Origin: Patescibacteria group bacterium
Lineage (GTDB): Bacteria; Patescibacteriota; Microgenomatia; UBA1400; PJMF01
NCBI GenBank assembly: GCA_018816385.1
Contig: JAHIVK010000054.1
Coordinates: forward strand, 1 to 44,636
Direction of reading: 5' to 3'
Length of the DNA: 44,636 nucleotides
Shown here: in pieces, positions 38,394 to 44,636 of the stretch
Layout of the letters: every line of letters starts with the position of its first letter
How positions within the stretch are numbered: position 1 is the first letter of the stretch
Made by a program: the position numbers and the translations under genes
Notes under the pieces: model-generated
Databases searched by the model: none
What the model was told of the DNA's origin: nothing
The model's input: the letters and a program-made list of their open reading frames with translations, nothing else

Positions 38394-40208
38394 ATGAACA
38401 TCAGAAATATTGCTATTATCGCTCACGTGGATCATGGTAAAACTACCTTGATCGATGGCATGCTTAAACAAACTCACTTGTTTCGGGATAATCAGTCGGA
38501 GATGAGTCAGTCGACCATTCTTGACTCTGGGGATTTGGAGCGAGAAAAAGGCATCACCATCTTGGCCAAAAATACGGCCGTTTTATACAAAGATTACAAG
38601 ATAAATATTATCGATACCCCTGGTCACGCTGATTTTAGTGGCGAAGTTGAACGAGTCATTAATATGGCTGATGGAGCTTTGCTAGTCGTTGATTCGGCCG
38701 AAGGTCCCCTACCCCAAACTCGGTTTGTTCTGGAACAGGCCTTTAAAAATCACTTAAAGATGATTGTAGTGATTAACAAGATTGATAAAAAGTTAGCCGA
38801 ACCTCAAAAAGTCCTAGCTCAAACCGAAGAGTTGTTTGTGAGTTTGGCAGACGATGCAGAGCAACTTAATTTTCCGGTAGTCTATGCCTCGGGAATTGCC
38901 GGTAAAAGTTGGCTAGAGTTACCCAGTGATTTTAATCAGCCAGCTAACCTAGTGCCTCTGTTTGACACCATTTTGGATTTTATTCCCGCCCCTCAAGCCA
39001 ACGCCACCCTGCCTTTTAAAATGCAAGTGGCCAACATTGACTTTGATAGCTACAAAGGCACTTATGCCATCGGCAAAGTTTTACAAGGCACAGTTAAAAT
39101 CGCTGATCGATTGAATATTTGGACCGAAAATGAAAAAGTTGGCGATTGCAAAATTACTCATCTTTTTACCAGTAAAGGTTTAGAGCGGGTGGAAGTTGAT
39201 GAGGCTTATGCCGGAGATATTATTTTTTTGACTGGGATTGATGAAATCAAGATTGGTCAAACTTTGGCCGATCCAGTTTTGGTGGGTGGTTTACCGACTA
39301 TCCAAATTAGTGAGCCAACTCTCAAAATTCAGATTGCTCCCAATAGTTCCCCTTTTGCAGGTAGGGAGGGAGAGTTTGGCACAGTCCGTCAATTGGCAGA
39401 GCGCTTGAGACGGGAGAAAAAAACTAACATCGGCTTGAAAATTGAAGAACAATCGGGCGATAAAGGTTTTATTGTCTCGGGCAGAGGCGAACTACACTTA
39501 GCTGTTTTAATTGAAAGTATGCGACGGGAAGGCTATGAGATGGAAGTTTCTAAGCCTCAAGTTATCTATAAAGAAATTGATGGTCAGAAACATGAACCGG
39601 TTGAACAACTTAACATCAGAATTTTGCAAGAATATATGGGAGTGGTGACGGAAGAATTGGGTAAACGCTTAGGTTTGCTTCAAGAAAGTCTGACAGATGA
39701 TAAAGGCGTGGCCCACATGACATATCGGGTGAGTAGCAGAAACCTACTGGGTTTTAGGTCTTCAATATTGAGCAAAACCAGAGGCAACGGTTTATTTGAT
39801 GCTCAGTTTTTAGGTTACTTTCCAGTTCAATCAGCCAGTATGAAAAAAATTAGAAATGGCGTGTTGGTGGCCACCGAAACTGGTCAAACCACTGCCTATG
39901 CTTTAATTAGTTTGCAAGAAAGAGGTTTGCCGTTTATGGGTGTGGGTGAACAAGTTTATGCCGGCATGATTGTGGGTTTGGGCAAAACATATGAAGACAT
40001 TGATATGAATGCCTGCAAAGCCAAGAAGTTAACTAACTTTAGGTCAAATGCCGATATTGCCATTCCCCTCGATACACCCATGAGACTGAGTTTAGAACAG
40101 TCGTTGGATTTTATTGAAGATGATGAACTGCTGGAGTTGACTCCCATCAGTTTGCGTTTGAGAAAAAAGATTCTAGATAAGAATCAAAGATATAAAAGAC
40201 AAAATTAA
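38394..40208 (+). CDS. typA: Translational GTPase TypA/BipA
   Basis: IRNIAIIAHVDHGKTTL, EREKGITILAKN, DTPGHADF, GRGELHL, KKLTN.R; start ATG 38394. Confidence 0.97.
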   Translation: MNIRNIAIIAHVDHGKTTLIDGMLKQTHLFRDNQSEMSQSTILDSGDLEREKGITILAKNTAVLYKDYKINIIDTPGHADFSGEVERVINMADGALLVVDSAEGPLPQTRFVLEQAFKNHLKMIVVINKIDKKLAEPQKVLAQTEELFVSLADDAEQLNFPVVYASGIAGKSWLELPSDFNQPANLVPLFDTILDFIPAPQANATLPFKMQVANIDFDSYKGTYAIGKVLQGTVKIADRLNIWTENEKVGDCKITHLFTSKGLERVEVDEAYAGDIIFLTGIDEIKIGQTLADPVLVGGLPTIQISEPTLKIQIAPNSSPFAGREGEFGTVRQLAERLRREKKTNIGLKIEEQSGDKGFIVSGRGELHLAVLIESMRREGYEMEVSKPQVIYKEIDGQKHEPVEQLNIRILQEYMGVVTEELGKRLGLLQESLTDDKGVAHMTYRVSSRNLLGFRSSILSKTRGNGLFDAQFLGYFPVQSASMKKIRNGVLVATETGQTTAYALISLQERGLPFMGVGEQVYAGMIVGLGKTYEDIDMNACKAKKLTNFRSNADIAIPLDTPMRLSLEQSLDFIEDDELLELTPISLRLRKKILDKNQRYKRQN

Positions 40209-40229
40209 AATTTCAGTATGTCGGGCAAA

Positions 40230-40266
40230 CCATAATTAACTCGTTTCTTATTTCGCCACAAGTCTA
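40230..40266 (-). repeat. Family A half element
   Basis: CCATAATTAACTCGTTTCTTATTTCGCCACAAGTCTA; supplies the TAG of the 40264 gene. Confidence 0.85.
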
Positions 40267-41868
40267 ATTACTGATCAATCGATAAAGGGTAAAGTTGTTG
40301 GTTTGAAGAGTTTTTTCCAGGTTGGGATAGGCTTGAAACTGCGGGTAGCTGTTTTTGGCGACTACAATCCAGTCGATTTGGTTTTGATGCAAAAAATCCC
40401 CGGCTTCTGTTTGGCTCAATTGATGGAGGAAAAACCCCTCTTGTTTTGTTTTGGCTTCTTGACCCCGGGGGGTTTGGAGAGTATGTCCGTAAAAGACTGA
40501 CTGATGGGTGACTGATGGCAAATAATTAGCAACTTCATACGGTGCCAGGACTCCCCCACCCGAATCTTGATCAATGGTCGATATCACCTGTTGCAGATCT
40601 GCCGGTAAATAAACCCAAGGGTTATTTTGTGTTACTACATCTATTCTCATGGCAAAGACCAAGACCCGACTGGCAAGAAACAACATGACAAAGAAGATCA
40701 CGACCAATTTTTGAGTGACCTGATCGGTGATTGATTTGAGAGCTAGAAGTAGAATCACGGTTAATGGAAAAAACAGCCCCCTTAGAAAAAATCTGGCGAT
40801 GCCCAGGGGCAGGAGTGATAACACTAAACAGCTCACCACCCAAGTTATCAAGAATGGTAAGTGTCTCGATGTTATTTTTTTTCTTGGCAGGCAATACCAG
40901 ACTGCAAAAAACAAAATAAATACTCCGTAACCAAGTAATAATTGCTCAAGATTGGGTTTGGATAAGACTTGAGTTGCCACCGAGCTGAAACCTGTTTGTC
41001 TTAAGTGCCAGTAGTAGATGAGAGTAGCGATTGAGGTGGTGATCAGAATTGAGCCCCATCTCACCCAAAATGTTTTGAGAAGAACTGGCTTGTTTTTTAA
41101 CCCAAGATTTGCGGTTAATTGAGCCACTTTTGGTTTGGTTAATCCGGTAGGGCGCTCGTGTTTTAAAAAAGCCAGTAGGGGAAAAACCACCATCAGCAGT
41201 AACAGATAGTAGGGATAGAACAAGACGAGTCCCAGCCAACTGATGAGAGATGCCCAAAAGTGTTTGGGCAACCGAGAAACGTCAAGATACCAATACAAAT
41301 TAATCAGGCCGGAAAAGTAAAGCAGGATGCCCAGCGCCTCGTGGGGTCTCTGCAGAGCGCTTTGAAAAGTGAAAGAGGTGATGTAGAGATCGGCCGGCGC
41401 CAGGTTGGAAGAGGCCAGCCAGCCCAGTCCCCCGCCCAGACCGCAGATGGCTAGTCCCAGCAAACTGAGTGATTTTGAGTTGACAAACTGCTTCAACCAG
41501 GAATACAAGCAGACAAGCAGAACAGCGCCAGTGACGATGGCCGTTAGGTGAAAAACCAGACTGGTGGGCAGGGGCAAGACTAAACCCAACAGAGCGTAGA
41601 GGGGATAGAACAAACTGGGTGAGGATAAAATAGTTGTATAGCGATTGGCCAAGAGAAAGTGACCCATTTGGCCGTTTTTAATGGCGGCTAAATAAACGTT
41701 CACATCCCAGGGATCAAACCAGGAGGCTTGGCCGGTGTAGAGCCTGTCGGTTGGAGTTTTGATCCAGGCGTAGAGGTTGGGTAACTGCTGGCTGACAATG
41801 ATCAATAAAATCACCAGCACCAGAGGAAGGTGAATTGATCGAAGCCGAATCATGATCTGTTTGAGCAT
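40264..41868 (-). CDS. Polytopic membrane protein, possibly GT-C fold glycosyltransferase
   Basis: Many TM segments, acidic DPWD motif in the first external loop, soluble C-terminal domain. Confidence 0.6.
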   Translation of the reverse strand: MLKQIMIRLRSIHLPLVLVILLIIVSQQLPNLYAWIKTPTDRLYTGQASWFDPWDVNVYLAAIKNGQMGHFLLANRYTTILSSPSLFYPLYALLGLVLPLPTSLVFHLTAIVTGAVLLVCLYSWLKQFVNSKSLSLLGLAICGLGGGLGWLASSNLAPADLYITSFTFQSALQRPHEALGILLYFSGLINLYWYLDVSRLPKHFWASLISWLGLVLFYPYYLLLLMVVFPLLAFLKHERPTGLTKPKVAQLTANLGLKNKPVLLKTFWVRWGSILITTSIATLIYYWHLRQTGFSSVATQVLSKPNLEQLLLGYGVFILFFAVWYCLPRKKITSRHLPFLITWVVSCLVLSLLPLGIARFFLRGLFFPLTVILLLALKSITDQVTQKLVVIFFVMLFLASRVLVFAMRIDVVTQNNPWVYLPADLQQVISTIDQDSGGGVLAPYEVANYLPSVTHQSVFYGHTLQTPRGQEAKTKQEGFFLHQLSQTEAGDFLHQNQIDWIVVAKNSYPQFQAYPNLEKTLQTNNFTLYRLISN

Positions 41869-41905
41869 TTTTGTTTACTTTCCAGTATAGCTTGATTTTA
41901 AATAA

Positions 41906-41933
41906 TAGACTTTCTTATTTCGCAGAAAGTCTA
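41906..41933. repeat. 28-bp collapsed family A element
   Basis: TAGACTTTCTTATTTCGCAGAAAGTCTA. Confidence 0.8.
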
Positions 41934-41966
41934 CAGTCTGTTACTTTTTGAAAATAGGTATATTAT

Positions 41967-42132
41967 TAGACTTGTAGCGAAATAAGCACAACGACTACTT
42001 ACGGCATCTTTTATGTATTTTCATTTGTTTCTTCTTTCTCAAGTAGCTCTGGCTACTATCGGCATCAGAATCAACGAAAATACTATAAAATCTATCCATA
42101 ATTGACTCGTTTCTTATTTCACTACAAGTCTA
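41967..42132 (-). mobile_element. Family A MITE-like element, full length, reverse orientation
   Basis: Near reverse complement of 33453..33618. Confidence 0.9.
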
Positions 42133-42141
42133 TTTCGTATT

Positions 42142-43434
42142 ATGAAAAAAAATTTTCTATTTGTGTCGTACGATGCCTTAATTACTGATACCGCTTGGCA
42201 GGTAGTTAAAGAGGGGCACCATGTTAAGTACTCAGTTGATGATAAAAAAAGTCAGGATGTCGGGATTGGTTTTGTGCCCAGAACCAAAAACTGGCGGGCT
42301 GAAGTAGATTGGGCTGACGTGATTGTTTTCGACGACGTGTTGGGTCATGGGATTTTGGCAGAAAAACTCCGCCAAAAGGGCAAGCTGGTTGTGGGAGGTA
42401 CCAAGTATACAGATCGACTAGAAGATGATCGCTCATTTGGTCAGAATGAACTCAAAAAACACGGTATCAAGATTCTTCCCTACCAAGAGTTTAATTATTT
42501 TGATGATGCCATTGATTATGTCAAAGCCAACCCTAATTCCTATGTCATCAAGCCGAGTGGTGATGCCCAGAACTATAAAAAGCTGTTATTTGTGGGTCAG
42601 GAAGATGATGGTTTAGATGTACTCAGAGTTTTGAATGCCTATAAAAAAACTTGGAGCGAACAAATAAAAGAGTTTCAACTCCAGCGTAAAGTCACTTCTG
42701 GTGTAGAAGTGGCAGTGGGCGCCTTTTTCAATGGTCATCAATTTATTTATCCAATTAACGTCAACTTTGAACACAAAAAACTCTTTCCTGGTGATTTAGG
42801 AGTGGCCACTGGAGAAATGGGCACCAGTATGTTTTGGAGTGCGCCCAATAAATTATTTTCCGAAACTCTCAAAAAAATGGAACCGACTTTAAAAGAAGAA
42901 CATTATGTGGGTTATGTTGATATCAACTGTATAGTCAATGGCAATGGTATTTATCCTTTGGAGTTTACTTCTAGATTTGGTTATCCAACTATTCAAATTC
43001 AAGCCGAATCGATGCTGATGCCAGTCGGCGAATTTTTATACAAATTGGCTGTAGGTGAAGATTTTCAACTTAAAACTAAACCCGGATTTCATTTGGGGAC
43101 TAGAATAGTAGTGCCACCATTCCCCTACAATGACCCCAAAACTTATAGAACTTTTTCCAAAAATAATGCCATTATTTTTAAAAAGCCTCATTTGGATGGA
43201 GTTCATTTGGAAGATGTAAAAATTAAACAGGGTGAATGGACGATTGCGGGTGACTCTGGGATTATTTTGGTGATTGCCGCCTCTGGTTTAACAATGCTTC
43301 AAGCTCAAACCCAGATGCGAAATAGGATTAAAAACATTGTGATTCCCAATATGTACTACCGGATTGATATTGGCAGTCGCTGGTATGAAGACAGCGACAA
43401 GCTCCACACTTGGGGGTATTTGCGCGAATTATAA
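42142..43434 (+). CDS. PurD-like ATP-grasp ligase (divergent phosphoribosylamine--glycine ligase)
   Basis: LEDDRSFG, VIKP, EHKKLFPGDLG..TGEMG, LEFTSRFGYP, YYR.DIG. Confidence 0.8.
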   Translation: MKKNFLFVSYDALITDTAWQVVKEGHHVKYSVDDKKSQDVGIGFVPRTKNWRAEVDWADVIVFDDVLGHGILAEKLRQKGKLVVGGTKYTDRLEDDRSFGQNELKKHGIKILPYQEFNYFDDAIDYVKANPNSYVIKPSGDAQNYKKLLFVGQEDDGLDVLRVLNAYKKTWSEQIKEFQLQRKVTSGVEVAVGAFFNGHQFIYPINVNFEHKKLFPGDLGVATGEMGTSMFWSAPNKLFSETLKKMEPTLKEEHYVGYVDINCIVNGNGIYPLEFTSRFGYPTIQIQAESMLMPVGEFLYKLAVGEDFQLKTKPGFHLGTRIVVPPFPYNDPKTYRTFSKNNAIIFKKPHLDGVHLEDVKIKQGEWTIAGDSGIILVIAASGLTMLQAQTQMRNRIKNIVIPNMYYRIDIGSRWYEDSDKLHTWGYLREL

Positions 43435-43467
43435 TATTTTATTGATCAAAGCTACAGAAAGAACTAA

Positions 43468-43914
43468 ACGCAAAATACTCAATTAGCTAAAAAAAAGATT
43501 TTAGATTTACTTAAACACACTAACTGTCGACTCAAACCTTCGGTTATTGCCGGCGTAGGTGTATTTGCCATTCGAGATATTCCGGAAGATACAAATATAT
43601 TTTATGGTCAACCTGATCCTAAGTGGCATACTTTTAAAATGAGTCAGTTAAAAAATCTGGACAAGCAAGTTTTAAAAATGATTGATGATTTTTTTGTGAT
43701 TGAAAAAGATCAAACAGTCCAGATTCCAGAAGGAGCATTCGCTGATATGAATATTTCTTATTATCCAAATAATTCAGAGACTCCCAATGCTAAAACTACT
43801 GATGGAGGTTATACATTTGTGTCACTCAGGGATATTAAAAAAGGTGAGGAAATCACGGTGGCTTACAGTACGTATGATGAGAAGTATAAAGTGGATTCAG
43901 TCATCCTCACGTAG
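43468..43914 (+). pseudogene. SET-domain protein with ACG in the start position
   Basis: Frame open from 43468: ..CRLKPSVIAGVGVFAIRDIP...NNSETPNA...RDIKKGEEITVAY. Confidence 0.7.
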
Positions 43915-44000
43915 TGGGGAAATGTCATCCTCGCGTAAGCGGGGATCCAGGAGTGAGCCGGTCGACTGTGGATTCCCCCCGCCTGGGCGGGGAGAATGAC
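43900..44000 (+). repeat. Family B element with extra left-arm copy
   Basis: GTCATCCTCACGTAGTGGGGA, then TGTCATCCTCGCGTAAGCGGGGATCCAGG...TGGATTCCCCCCGCCTGGGCGGGGAGAATGAC. Confidence 0.88.
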
Positions 44001-44033
44001 GACTTAACTCGTTTCTTATTTCATAGAAAGTCT
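44001..44033. repeat. Family A half element abutting family B
   Basis: GACTTAACTCGTTTCTTATTTCATAGAAAGTCT. Confidence 0.75.
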
Positions 44034-44102
44034 TATTATCACGCTCATGAATCCAGAGACATGTTGCCAGATAAGCATCATGGATATTGTGCAGAGTATT
44101 GT

Positions 44103-44447
44103 TTAATTTTTCTTTGAGTGCTGATCGCGAGCGGCCCAATTGAAGGCTTTAAAGTAATTCTGCCAAGCTTCATCAGTAGTTCCAAAAGTGTTGTTTGCAA
44201 AAAAACTGTCAACTAGATTTTCGCGTAACCGGCAGACTTCTTTGAGGATTGATGCTTGGTGATTAAAAAGAATAGTTAAATCTATGAGTTCTAAGGCTCT
44301 AAAAAATGCTCTTTGACTATAATCTAATTTATTCTTTTTGCGCCAACTGATGGTCCGCTCTACTTCTGAACCGATGTTGGCCATTTGTTCAACCAGTGAC
44401 AAAGATTGCCATCTGCCAGCAGCCAAATCGGCGTGTTGATAAGGCAT
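44103..44447 (-). CDS. Hypothetical helical protein
   Basis: 114-aa ORF with protein-like RWQSLSLVEQMANIGSEVER motif. Confidence 0.7.
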   Translation of the reverse strand: MPYQHADLAAGRWQSLSLVEQMANIGSEVERTISWRKKNKLDYSQRAFFRALELIDLTILFNHQASILKEVCRLRENLVDSFFANNTFGTTDEAWQNYFKAFNWAARDQHSKKN

Positions 44448-44504
44448 AATTTATTTGACCAATTGACCGACTATCTGAGTAATTATTTGTCTAACTTCTA
44501 TACG

Positions 44505-44636
44505 CCTGAGCAGAGAACGCCGGGCTTTTAAGCCCGGTGGTGAATGCGAGGCCTTGAGTGCTTAGTTTGTTGACGATCTAAGTAGGCTCTAATCACTTCT
44601 TCATTCTTTTCCCCGATACTTTCAACAAAATAACCA
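44505..44636. mobile_element. End of an IS200/IS605-family element (boundary approximate)
   Basis: Subterminal hairpin CCGGGCTT-TT-AAGCCCGG (44520..44537) overlapping the tnpA stop. Confidence 0.75.
44528..44635 (-). CDS. tnpA: IS200/IS605 HUH transposase, C-terminal fragment (runs off window)
   Basis: GYFVESIGEKNEEVIRAYLDRQ matches the Y1 transposase GYF..S.G.....I..Y...Q motif. Confidence 0.85.
   Translation of the reverse strand, partial: GYFVESIGEKNEEVIRAYLDRQQTKHSRPRIHHRA

Overview
Chromosomal segment of a small-genome fermentative bacterium. The gene set and protein styles point to Patescibacteria/CPR, probably Microgenomates (inference); standard genetic code. Housekeeping content: pyk, rpsU, proS, prs, secA, serS, class I LysRS, greA, a complete atpBEFHAGDC operon, tRNA-Lys(UUU), mutM, ldh, a split transketolase, typA and a purD-like gene. 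Accessory content: two AT-rich hypothetical genes (one of 1663 aa), a decaying SET-domain gene and the end of an IS200/IS605 element at the right edge. The most striking signal is a dense population of two palindromic repeat families. Family A is a ~165-bp MITE-like element with TA-flanked inverted ends and a covarying internal stem, present as full, half and 24-28 bp collapsed copies. Family B is a bipartite GTCATCCTCGCG...GGATCCAG REP-like element that amplifies in tandem. These repeats supply stop codons and are translated as both the N- and C-terminus of the transketolase N subunit. Also notable: an ATP synthase with a delta subunit made of two C-terminal domains, a truncated epsilon and an acidic insertion in subunit a; a duplicated tRNA 3' end with an insertion in its T-loop; a 39-bp repeated site after each AT-rich gene; and many apparently leaderless promoters. 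All calls come from reading motifs by eye, with no database searches.
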